From positions 99,486 through 163,485 of the forward strand of contig CAZTHK010000001.1 in assembly GCA_964613215.1 (NCBI GenBank): a DNA stretch of 64,000 bases, read 5' to 3'. This DNA is from an uncultured bacterium. Lineage in GTDB: Bacteria > Krumholzibacteriota > Krumholzibacteriia > Krumholzibacteriales > CAZTHK01. Shown in pieces: positions 18,591 to 27,251 of this stretch; the first letter of the stretch is position 1; every line of letters starts with the position of its first letter. The notes under the pieces are model-generated. The model did no database searches. It was not told where the DNA came from and saw only the letters and a program-made list of their open reading frames with translations. The translations under genes and the position numbers were made by a program.

Positions 18591-19757
18591 ATGGCTCGAA
18601 TCGACCACAAGTTTGCTTCACAGATCGAGGAATTCGGAGGGATTGATTTCACCGCCTGTTACAATTGCGGCAACTGCACTGCAGTTTGCCCTCTGGTTGA
18701 GGAGAACAGTTCCTTTCCCCGGCGGATGCTGAGGTATACTATCCTGGGCCTGGAGGAGGATATCCAGGGCTCCCTGGATCCCTGGCTGTGCTACTACTGC
18801 GGTGATTGCAGCGAGACCTGCCCCCGCCAGTCCAACCCGGGGGAGATAATGATGTCCCTGAGGAGATACCTCACCTCGGTCTATGACTGGACCGGCTTTT
18901 CCAGGAGGTTCTACACCTCGAAGGTGTGGGAGCTGGGATCAATAGGAGCAGTGGCAGCTATGGTAGTGATACTGTTTGCAATCTTTCTTCCCCCTACTGC
19001 CGATCCGGCCAATCTTATAAATTCCGCCGGAGGAGTAAGGATAAACAGTTTCGTTAAGGGTATGGAGGGTGAAACATTCGTCAGTGTCATAGAACTGGGT
19101 GACTGGGTAATGGCTGCCATAGTATCATTCTTTCTGCTCTCTAACATCTTCAATATGTATCTGAAGGTGGTTATTAAGAACAAAAAGGTAAAGATCCCCC
19201 TCCATCTATATGTAAAGGAGGCCTGGAACCTCTTCTATCATTTTGGCACCCAGATAAGGTTGTCCAGATGCACGGATAAATCATACTGGGCCCTTCACTG
19301 GCTGCTGATGTCCGGATATACTATTATGTTTACCATGATTGTTGTTTTTCTGCCCTGGTTCCAGGTGGAAAAGGTCCATCCCGTCACTCACCCCCAGCGT
19401 ATTCTGGGCTACTATGCAACCTTCGGCCTTCTCTTCGCCATTGCCATCTGGATGATAAGGAGGATCAGAAAGAGGGATGAGAAACACCGCTATTCCCATT
19501 CCACCGACTGGATATTTCTGATAATGCTCTTTCTTACCACCCTGACCGGAATCATGGTTCACCTGTTCAGGATAAACGGAATGATATATTTCACCTACTA
19601 TACCTACGTGATACATCTGGCTGTTCTGGTACCCATGCTGGTGCTGGAAGTCCCCTTCTCCAAGTGGTCTCACCTGGCATACCGGCCCTTTGCCATGTAT
19701 TTCAATAACCTGATTAACTCCGCCGTTATTATTGATGATAAGAAGCGACAGGGTTAA
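18591..19757 (+). CDS. QmoC-like membrane subunit: HdrC-like 2x[4Fe-4S] domain fused to HdrE/NarI-like di-heme-b membrane domain
   Basis: N-terminal CYNCGNCTAVCP and CYYCGDCSETCP motifs, then about 6 TM helices bearing conserved His (HWLL, VHLF, IHLAV, SHLAYRP). Confidence 0.75.
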   Translation: MARIDHKFASQIEEFGGIDFTACYNCGNCTAVCPLVEENSSFPRRMLRYTILGLEEDIQGSLDPWLCYYCGDCSETCPRQSNPGEIMMSLRRYLTSVYDWTGFSRRFYTSKVWELGSIGAVAAMVVILFAIFLPPTADPANLINSAGGVRINSFVKGMEGETFVSVIELGDWVMAAIVSFFLLSNIFNMYLKVVIKNKKVKIPLHLYVKEAWNLFYHFGTQIRLSRCTDKSYWALHWLLMSGYTIMFTMIVVFLPWFQVEKVHPVTHPQRILGYYATFGLLFAIAIWMIRRIRKRDEKHRYSHSTDWIFLIMLFLTTLTGIMVHLFRINGMIYFTYYTYVIHLAVLVPMLVLEVPFSKWSHLAYRPFAMYFNNLINSAVIIDDKKRQG

Positions 19758-19872
19758 ATGCAGGGGTCAGGGCGTTAATTTAGGCCTCCCTCCCTGCTTC
19801 TCCTCCTGTAAAAGACGATACTTCGATGGCGGTTATGCCTGCTAATCATATTACCCTTAACCATTTTTGATG

Positions 19873-19902
19873 TTGACATTTATTATATGAATGTGATACA
19901 CT
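19873..19902 (+). promoter_or_regulatory. Putative sigma70 promoter of the secreted-protein island: -35 TTGACA (19873-19878), 18-nt spacer, -10 TACACT
   Basis: Perfect -35 hexamer in the AT-rich 265-nt intergenic region. The -10 matches consensus at 4/6 positions. Confidence 0.3.
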
Positions 19903-20024
19903 ACGTATTGTCGAGTAAGTAAATTGGTATCTCCGGTATTAAGGACGGCGGAAGGAGGTAAGTAATTCGTTGTTCTTTTAACCTTAAGTCCCGAACCTGT
20001 CCAAAGGTTTAGGAGGTTAAAGAA

Positions 20025-20678
20025 ATGTTCAAAGTAAAAGTCTTGGTTTTTTCACTGTTGCTTGTTTTCGCAACTAACGTGTTCGCTGGTGATGTGGACC
20101 CGTGTGAAAGCGAAACTGGACAGAGCTGTTCGCCTATGATGCTGAACATTTGTCCTTTCGGCGACATGGAGAATATTTTCGAGAGTTGTACAACAGCCAT
20201 AGAAGATACCCATTACGTATACATCTATGTGAGAGATGTGTTAGGTAATGGCGTAGCTGGTATTCCGGGCTCGGATTACTGGCTGGGCGCTTGTGACAGC
20301 CAGTATGATCTCTGCCTGTGTGCCGAACCCATTGTAGCCGATTATATCACCAACGACGAAGGCTACACTGAGTTTTCAGGCACAATCGCCGGCGGCGGTT
20401 GTGTGAACAGTGGCGGAATCTATATAGCAGTTCAGGGTAAGATCATCCAGGAAGCTGGATGCACAGGTTATGACTGTGTGGACATGATAATCAAGAGTCC
20501 CGATCTTACAGCAGACTGTCAGGTCAACCTCTCAGATCTCAGTGCATTCGGTCTGACATACACATTAAGCTCAGGTGATACTGACTATAATAGTTGTGCA
20601 GATTACAATGATGATGACTCTGTTAATCTGAGTGACCTGTCGTTTTTCGGAATTCATTATCTGCACACATGCCAGTAA
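20025..20678 (+). CDS. Secreted Cys-rich protein with C-terminal dockerin (type I-like) module
   Basis: Signal peptide MFKVKVLVFSLLLVFATNVFA. Two 12-residue Ca-binding-loop repeats, DLTADCQVNLSD and DYNDDDSVNLSD, each followed by LS(A/F)FG. Strong RBS AGGAGG. Confidence 0.75.
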   Translation: MFKVKVLVFSLLLVFATNVFAGDVDPCESETGQSCSPMMLNICPFGDMENIFESCTTAIEDTHYVYIYVRDVLGNGVAGIPGSDYWLGACDSQYDLCLCAEPIVADYITNDEGYTEFSGTIAGGGCVNSGGIYIAVQGKIIQEAGCTGYDCVDMIIKSPDLTADCQVNLSDLSAFGLTYTLSSGDTDYNSCADYNDDDSVNLSDLSFFGIHYLHTCQ

Positions 20679-20784
20679 TGGTATGACCGGTGTATGATAA
20701 TTATTTCCAACAATCCTGATTTGCTATTTTTAAATTAGTTGGATTACACCTTAGGGCTGCATTAAAATACGGGAGTTGGAGACT

Positions 20785-21339
20785 ATGAAGAGAGTACTGT
20801 TGACAATTGCTATGGTTCTCCTAATTCCAGGAGTGATCAACGCACAGACCATGGGTGTCTACTTCGACGGTCCGGGGCAGATGGCATATTCTCCCTCGGG
20901 TGCGTTTGTATTATTCGACGCTTACATATATCTGCATGAAGCGGATTACTATGTAACCGGCGCCGAATATCAGCTGCAGACACCTGAAGATCCGGAGCAC
21001 ACTTACTTTAGTTTCCAGAGTATAGAGTATCCGGATAACATGTCGGTTAATCTGGGTGATCCCTGGGCAGGCCATTCTATTTCTTACTGGCCGCCGTTAA
21101 ATGGGTATGAACCTGGCTATAACCTGCTGCTCACTCTTAAGGATTGCTACATTACAGGGCCTTGCGACTGGACTGATTATCCTATCGTTATAGGTCCTCA
21201 TCCTGCAAACGGAGGACCGTGGATCGCTTACACACCTGATAATGAATTAGCTCTCGTTATTGGGTACACTTCGATTCTTTGCCCTGTGATTGGTACCCAG
21301 GAGGAAAGCTGGGGCGCCATCAAATCGATGTATGAATAA
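20785..21339 (+). CDS. Secreted protein, distant paralog of the two downstream genes; ends …EESWGAIKSMYE
   Basis: Signal peptide MKRVLLTIAMVLLIPGVINAQ. Shares its architecture and the invariant C-terminal tail with 21510..22052 and 22221..22763. ATG 20785 is preceded by GGGAG. Confidence 0.75.
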   Translation: MKRVLLTIAMVLLIPGVINAQTMGVYFDGPGQMAYSPSGAFVLFDAYIYLHEADYYVTGAEYQLQTPEDPEHTYFSFQSIEYPDNMSVNLGDPWAGHSISYWPPLNGYEPGYNLLLTLKDCYITGPCDWTDYPIVIGPHPANGGPWIAYTPDNELALVIGYTSILCPVIGTQEESWGAIKSMYE

Positions 21340-21509
21340 ATTTCTTGGAACTGTGGCTGGATGAGGATTTCATCCAGCCACGGACCCGGGAAGACGGAAG
21401 GGAGGTGGTGCCTATTGGAGAAATCTGATTAAACTCGCCACCAAAACTCTTCCTGTTTTAAAGCGGGTAAAGAAAGAGAGCGAATCAAGTTTTAAGGAGG
21501 ACACTAAAA

Positions 21510-22052
21510 ATGAAAAAGGTTTTATTGCTAACTGTTGCGATACTTATGTTTTCCAGCTTAGCAATAGCTCAGAATCCTCCGCAGGGATACATTGGAATTT
21601 TTGCGGATGAAACCAAATCGAGCAATTGCTACGAGGGCGATCTAATGGCACCTATGTACATGTACATCTGGTGCCTGCCCAGTGAGTATGGGCAGATGGC
21701 TGCCGAGTTTATGGTTACTTATCCTGCTAATGTTATCACAAGTACCGTAACTGCAGCTCCTCATATCGCAGTATCCATGGGAGATCTGGCCTCAGGTATC
21801 AGCTACAGCTACACGGAATGCCAGTGGGACTGGCACTGGGATTACAAGCAGCTGATGTATGTTACTGACTCCAGCGGCACCCAGGTAGATATAGTGGCTC
21901 ATCCCGATGTGGGAACCTATCAGTTCTCGAACTGTGAAGACGGTTTCCCCATTGAGCCATGCATCTATTACACCCCTCTGTACCTGAATGTCTGTGGTCC
22001 GACCGGGACCGACGATGCCAGCTGGGGTGCTATCAAGGGTATGTATGAATAA
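21510..22052 (+). CDS. Secreted 6-Cys protein of unknown function, paralog B; ends …DDASWGAIKGMYE
   Basis: Signal peptide MKKVLLLTVAILMFSSLAIAQ, RBS AAGGAGG, and about 85% aa identity to 22221..22763. Confidence 0.8.
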   Translation: MKKVLLLTVAILMFSSLAIAQNPPQGYIGIFADETKSSNCYEGDLMAPMYMYIWCLPSEYGQMAAEFMVTYPANVITSTVTAAPHIAVSMGDLASGISYSYTECQWDWHWDYKQLMYVTDSSGTQVDIVAHPDVGTYQFSNCEDGFPIEPCIYYTPLYLNVCGPTGTDDASWGAIKGMYE

Positions 22053-22098
22053 TTCATGCCTTAGATGTTAAAACGGGCTTGAATGTCCGGAAAATTAA

Positions 22099-22130
22099 AA
22101 GGAGGGGGTTTGAAACCCCCTCCTTCTGTT
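22099..22130 (+). terminator. Stem-loop AAGGAGGGGGTT-TGAA-AACCCCCTCCTT followed by CTGTT (weak U-tract)
   Basis: Perfect 12-bp inverted repeat 46 nt after the stop of paralog B. Confidence 0.5.
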
Positions 22131-22220
22131 AACGAGGTGATTGAAGAGGTTTTCTGATAAAGTTGTTAAATCCGTAGTTAGTTTAGACAGTTTGTTAAGC
22201 AACAAAGAGAGGGATCGAAA

Positions 22221-22763
22221 ATGAAAAAGGCTCTACTTCTTGGTGTGGCGCTGCTGCTGGTTTCCAGCATGGCGCTGGCTCAGCTTCCTCCACAGGGTTA
22301 CATTGGGATCTATGCGGATGAAACCAGATCGAGTAATTGCTACGATGGCGATCTAATGGCACCTATGTACATGTACATCTGGTGCCTGCCCAGTGAGAAT
22401 GGGCAGATGGCTGCCGAATTTATGGTCACTTATCCTGCTAATGTTATCACAAGTACCGTAACTGCAGCTCCCCATATCGCAGTATCCATGGGAGATCTGG
22501 CCTCAGGGATCAGCTACAGCTACACGCAATGTATGTGGGATTGGCACTGGGATTACAAGCAGCTGATGTATGTTACTGACTCCAGCGGCACCCAGGTAGA
22601 TATAGTGGCTCATCCCGATGTGGGAACCTTTCAGTTCTCGAACTGTGAAGACGGTTTCCCCATTGAGCCATGCATCTACATCACTCCTCTGTATTTGAAC
22701 GAATGCGGCCAGGTTGGCGCAGATGAAAGCAGCTGGGGTGCTGTCAAGAGCATGTTCGAATAA
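22221..22763 (+). CDS. Secreted 6-Cys protein of unknown function, paralog C; ends …ESSWGAVKSMFE
   Basis: Signal peptide MKKALLLGVALLLVSSMALAQ and a strong RBS. A canonical terminator follows it. Confidence 0.8.
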   Translation: MKKALLLGVALLLVSSMALAQLPPQGYIGIYADETRSSNCYDGDLMAPMYMYIWCLPSENGQMAAEFMVTYPANVITSTVTAAPHIAVSMGDLASGISYSYTQCMWDWHWDYKQLMYVTDSSGTQVDIVAHPDVGTFQFSNCEDGFPIEPCIYITPLYLNECGQVGADESSWGAVKSMFE

Positions 22764-22794
22764 GCATAATTCATAAATGGTAATGCTTTTTCAA

Positions 22795-22830
22795 GGGAGG
22801 AGAGTTGCAATATCTCCTCCCTTTTTTATT
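22795..22830 (+). terminator. Rho-independent terminator: GGGAGGAGA-loop-TCTCCTCCC + TTTTTTATT
   Basis: 9-bp GC-rich stem with a 9-nt loop and a T6 tract, 32 nt after the stop of paralog C. Confidence 0.8.
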
Positions 22831-23063
22831 CGTATGGTTTTCCGGAGAGAAATCACATATCAGCGGCGCAGTGAAAATATTCATCTCTTCCACTGCAATA
22901 AAAACTTTTACAGCCGTTCAATAATGGTTATATTCATGCTATAATAAGAAGAGTGCCAATTCGAACGGTGCATCCGTTTTTGACAGCATTACCCCGCTGT
23001 ATAGACCTGTAAAAATATGAGAAGGCTGTTGAATCCATCCCCTGGAAAGAGAGGCAGGAAACA

Positions 23064-26000
23064 TTGAAGAGCCGGGGAATTTTTTATAACCTGGGGCCGG
23101 GTTTGATCCTTGCCGTTTTATTTTTATCCATCTTTACAATCAATGGTTATGGAGAGGTCCATTCCCTCAGCTCCGGCAGTGGCAGAATCAGTTTCAGGAT
23201 AACCGTTCCCCCGCCTCGACTTGTTCCCGCCGGGAAGGACGGAATAAGAGTGTTGCTGGAAGGATATGGCAGTTTTTCTCCACCGGGTGCAATTGAACTG
23301 CCCGGCAGGACCTTCCGGTTGGCTATACCTCCGGGGGTCAGTCCGGGACTTTCTTACACTGTAATGGAAAGCAGCGATCTGGGAGAATTAGAAATTGCCC
23401 GGGTATCCGGTGAGAAGATGATTCAGAATGAAGATGGAACCGTTTCATACCGTTCCTTCATGCCACCCGACCCATGGGAAGATAAAAACCTTCCCCCCCC
23501 TGTAAGGACAGGAGAACCCGGATACATGGGGCATCAGCGGGTTCTTCCCATAGAGGTATCTCCTCTGCAGATAAGCAGCGGCGGCAGGGTGACCCTGGTG
23601 CGGGAGATCAGTTTAAGGGTAAGTTATAACCGGACACCTGATGAGATGGGAAGTGCCGACGGACTAATTCAGAAACCCTCAAAAGCCTGGCAGAGGCTGT
23701 ACAGAAATACCCTGGTTAATCCGGGTGATGTTTCCAGGTTCATCCGGCCGCTTAAACAGAGGAGGGTTAGGGAATCTGGCTTTCAGGCGGAGAAGAGGCT
23801 CAAAATCCGCATTCCTGAAACTGGTATCTACAGTATAAGAGCAGATTCCCTTATTAGTGCGGGTATGTCGGTTGGGCTTACCACCGGGTTCTTCTCCCTC
23901 AGGCAGTACTACTATGATGAATCAGAACCTGATTTGCTGAGGAGTGAAGAAATCCCCATCCTGATAGATGAGGGGGAAAATGGGGTAGAGGGTATTTTCG
24001 ACAGCAATGACAGGCTCATCTTCTATGCCCGGGGTATAAAGGACGATCCGGATGCAGGTGATACAGAAGCAGCTTTTACCGATTATAATGTGGCCTGGCT
24101 GGAAGAGGAAGTGCCCGGTTCAATTATGGGGGAGGGCCCGGAACTTCCTGACACTGCCGGTTATCAGTCCCCTCAGTACAGAGCGGTCAAGAAGCTGAGA
24201 GATGACAGTTTCTTTCTGAAATACCCCATTCCCAATACCACGGACTTTTATTTCATCTCCAGTATGCCCGGTGGAAGAAGTGTTCAGCTTCCCTTACAGA
24301 TCGAAGAACCGGCCGGGGAAGGTGATTTTTCCCTGACCGTTACACTCCAATGGTTTAATGTCACTTCACCTCAGAACATCAACTTCGAGATAAGCAATTC
24401 CGGCGGTACCAGGGAGATGGGATCAGGTATACTTGATGTGGAAGAAAAAAAGAGCTTTACCTTTCAGGGTCTGGATGTGGATTGGCTGGTGGATGGAACC
24501 AACCAGCTTATCATAACCAGTAACATCAGAACCGGCTTCCTGGTGGATGAAGTGAGGATAGATTATCATTCCCGGTGGGTGGCCAGGGATAACTCTCTGG
24601 AGTTCGAGTACGGGCCCAGCATATCAGACAGAGAATATAATATTGAGGGATTTGCCACTGATTCAGGCTGCCTGATAGATGTAACCGATCCAGAAAATCC
24701 TACCTGTAATGAACTAACCGCGGAATATTTCCAGCAGGAGGGGGAAAGCTACACTTTGAATATATATCTTCCGGCCGGGGAGCGGAGGCATTTTATAGTC
24801 ATAGGGGAAGATGGTGCTGCGGAGCTGCCTCTCTCCCATGTTTCCCTGCATCTTCCGGCCCATCTGAAGGAGCAGGGTGGACCCTATAACAGCCTGGTGA
24901 TTACCCATCCCCGGTTTCGATCCCGCCTCAGTGAATATGTATCCTGGAGAGAAGACCAGGGTTATCGCATTCTTACTGCCACGGTGGGTCAGATCTACGA
25001 TGAATTCAATGGGGGCAGGCCTCACTGCAGAGCGATCAAACGGTTTATCCAGTATGGTTTTGATTACTGGGGGGTGGAGTTTGTTCTTCTGGCAGGCGAT
25101 GCCAGCGAGGATCACAAGCGTGTCTTTACCAGGGATTCTCCCTATACCTCCTCGGATGGTTCCGGGGAGGATTTTGTTCCTTCCTATACCTACTGTCCCC
25201 GGGTATCTTCCTCGGTTAAGGATGAAGTGGTAGCTTCGGACAAGTGGTATACCTTCCTGGATGTGGAAGGGCAGGACAGGCTTCCCGATGTTTTTATCGG
25301 CCGCATACCGGTGGGGGAGGAGATCGAACTAAGGGCTTATCTTAACAAGCTTTATAGTTTTGAGGAACCCGGGGTCAGCCAGAGCTGGCGCAGGCGCATA
25401 GTGCTGATGGCGGACGATGCCTGGTCCATAAACGGCGATTACCGCTACAACGCCTATGAAAATCAGTTTCGTTACGGTATGGATACCGTGGCAGTGAGAA
25501 TAGAGGAAGCCCTGCCGGGTGGATTTGATATAGATAAGAAGTATCTGTCATATGTCACCGATCAATTTCATCCCAACCAGACCGAGCATGGAGCTTATGT
25601 ACATACCCGGTCGCGTGATTCCACCAGAGCCTACTATACTCCCCGGCTGGTCAGGAGTCTTAATGAGGGAGCGCTTTTCCTTGCCTTCCAGGGGCATGCC
25701 ATGAGGAGAGGACTTACCAGTGAAGGGGCCTTTATGACCGGGGCGGAGTATGACGATCAGGACAGCCTCAGGGTGTTTGGACTCCAACACATATTCCTGG
25801 GATTTGGATGTCACATCAACGAGTTTGCCAAGGCCAAAGAGATGGATTTTGTTTATGACGGTCCCAACGGAGATTGTTTCAGTGAGCAGCTGATGGTAAA
25901 GGCGGGAGCGGGAGCAATCGCCGCTTATGCCAGTTATACCTTCGAGTATCTGGATCAGAATAAGAGACTATGTAACACCTTTCACCGGATGCTCTTTCAG

Positions 26001-27107
26001 GAACCGCCATCGGATTCCATAGGACCGGCCAACCGCTATACCGGAGCCCACTGGACCCTGGGAGAGGCCTTTACCGGAGCAGAGATAGAGCATATGGGTA
26101 CCTCCACCTACGGGTATAACCAGGTGTTCCGTTATCAGCTGCTGGGAGATCCCATGACCGGTATCGATACCGGTCCTCCCCTTATGGCCATGGAGGTGGA
26201 CTGGGGAAGTGGTTGGAGGAGTGTGGAGCCTGGTTCACTCAGGGCGGAGGATGGAAGCAACCGGGGAAAATTCAGGTTTACCGCCAGTGATGTGGTTGCC
26301 CTGGGGGGTGTGGGACTGGAGGTTGATGGACGGGACTGGACCGATTCATTGACTATTACGGTCAACCCTGAAGATGAGGGAAAGACCTTTGCCAGAAGAT
26401 ATGCCGCCGAATTCGAACATACTCTTTCCCTGGAAGATCAGTATTTTCTGTTTCGGGTATTCGGGGTAAACGACAGTATTACTGGAAGGTTGGAGTATCC
26501 TGTAACCACCGCTGTAAGTATGTTCTATGGTGAGGATTTCGAGGTAACTCCAACCGTGGAGGCTCCCCCCTCCGGAACCTACACCATCAGGGTGAAGTTT
26601 CCCATTTATATTGATTCAAGTCCCAGCTTACTCCTGGATGGAAAACTTTTCGAGGAGGGCGAGCTGGCTCAGTCGGCCGGTGATTCCAGGTCCTGGGAGT
26701 CGGAGTTTTCCACCTCCTTCCAGCCGGGAGAGCATGTTTTCACCGTAGAGGTTGGGGAATACAGGGAAGATTTCATGTTTACAGTGGCCGGGGAGCGGGT
26801 TGTTCTGGAGACCTTCTGTTTTCCCAATCCCTTCAAAGAGGGCACCAATATTGTTTACACTCTTAATCAGAGGGTGGAATCCGGCAGGTTGAATATTTAC
26901 AATGTCAGCGGAGTTAAAATCAGAAGTTTCAGGCTGGATGGAAGGGGAGTGGATGCGGCAAGTTACATCCGGCCTCATTCTATTTACTGGGATGGAAGAG
27001 ACTTCACGGGGGAGGCTGTGGCTAATGGAACATATATATATCTGTTGAAGGTTAACCGGGGAAGCTCAGAGTATCAGATAAAGGGTAAAAGTGTGAAATT
27101 GGAATAG
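23064..27107 (+). CDS. Peptidase C25 (gingipain/PorU-like) family protein with C-terminal T9SS-type/FlgD-Ig-like sorting domain
   Basis: Signal peptide. C25 catalytic region (…HPRFRSRLSEYVSWREDQGY…VLLAGDA…FQGHAMRRG…GFGCHINEF). Last 80 aa carry …FCFPNPFKEGTNIVYTL…LNIYNVSGVKIRSF…YWDGRDFTGEAVANGTYIYLLKV…. TTG start, TAG stop. Confidence 0.85.
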   Translation: MKSRGIFYNLGPGLILAVLFLSIFTINGYGEVHSLSSGSGRISFRITVPPPRLVPAGKDGIRVLLEGYGSFSPPGAIELPGRTFRLAIPPGVSPGLSYTVMESSDLGELEIARVSGEKMIQNEDGTVSYRSFMPPDPWEDKNLPPPVRTGEPGYMGHQRVLPIEVSPLQISSGGRVTLVREISLRVSYNRTPDEMGSADGLIQKPSKAWQRLYRNTLVNPGDVSRFIRPLKQRRVRESGFQAEKRLKIRIPETGIYSIRADSLISAGMSVGLTTGFFSLRQYYYDESEPDLLRSEEIPILIDEGENGVEGIFDSNDRLIFYARGIKDDPDAGDTEAAFTDYNVAWLEEEVPGSIMGEGPELPDTAGYQSPQYRAVKKLRDDSFFLKYPIPNTTDFYFISSMPGGRSVQLPLQIEEPAGEGDFSLTVTLQWFNVTSPQNINFEISNSGGTREMGSGILDVEEKKSFTFQGLDVDWLVDGTNQLIITSNIRTGFLVDEVRIDYHSRWVARDNSLEFEYGPSISDREYNIEGFATDSGCLIDVTDPENPTCNELTAEYFQQEGESYTLNIYLPAGERRHFIVIGEDGAAELPLSHVSLHLPAHLKEQGGPYNSLVITHPRFRSRLSEYVSWREDQGYRILTATVGQIYDEFNGGRPHCRAIKRFIQYGFDYWGVEFVLLAGDASEDHKRVFTRDSPYTSSDGSGEDFVPSYTYCPRVSSSVKDEVVASDKWYTFLDVEGQDRLPDVFIGRIPVGEEIELRAYLNKLYSFEEPGVSQSWRRRIVLMADDAWSINGDYRYNAYENQFRYGMDTVAVRIEEALPGGFDIDKKYLSYVTDQFHPNQTEHGAYVHTRSRDSTRAYYTPRLVRSLNEGALFLAFQGHAMRRGLTSEGAFMTGAEYDDQDSLRVFGLQHIFLGFGCHINEFAKAKEMDFVYDGPNGDCFSEQLMVKAGAGAIAAYASYTFEYLDQNKRLCNTFHRMLFQEPPSDSIGPANRYTGAHWTLGEAFTGAEIEHMGTSTYGYNQVFRYQLLGDPMTGIDTGPPLMAMEVDWGSGWRSVEPGSLRAEDGSNRGKFRFTASDVVALGGVGLEVDGRDWTDSLTITVNPEDEGKTFARRYAAEFEHTLSLEDQYFLFRVFGVNDSITGRLEYPVTTAVSMFYGEDFEVTPTVEAPPSGTYTIRVKFPIYIDSSPSLLLDGKLFEEGELAQSAGDSRSWESEFSTSFQPGEHVFTVEVGEYREDFMFTVAGERVVLETFCFPNPFKEGTNIVYTLNQRVESGRLNIYNVSGVKIRSFRLDGRGVDAASYIRPHSIYWDGRDFTGEAVANGTYIYLLKVNRGSSEYQIKGKSVKLE

Positions 27108-27251
27108 AGCAATACCGGCTTTCCCCCTGTCCGGCTCAACCGGGATGGGATTAACTGAAATAGTTCTTTACCTCTCCTCTTGATATCTTTACAATTTCTT
27201 TGAAGGATCATTTTACTGAGTTCTTGTCCGGAGTATTGGAGGGGAAATGCT

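Larger units (their letters stand above)
21510..22763. repeat. Tandem gene duplication (period about 711 nt) of the 180-aa secreted-protein gene
   Basis: The central 300-nt stretches of the two copies are nearly identical at nucleotide level, for example ctaatggcacctatgtacatgtacatctggtgcctgcccagtgag in both. The 5' and 3' ends are diverged. Confidence 0.8.

Noticed and set aside
21353-21381. 12-bp perfect hairpin GTGGCTGGATGA-GGATT-TCATCCAGCCAC after secreted paralog A, as an intrinsic terminator
   Set aside because: It is not followed by a T-tract on either strand. It may still be a processing or stability structure, but it cannot be called a terminator.
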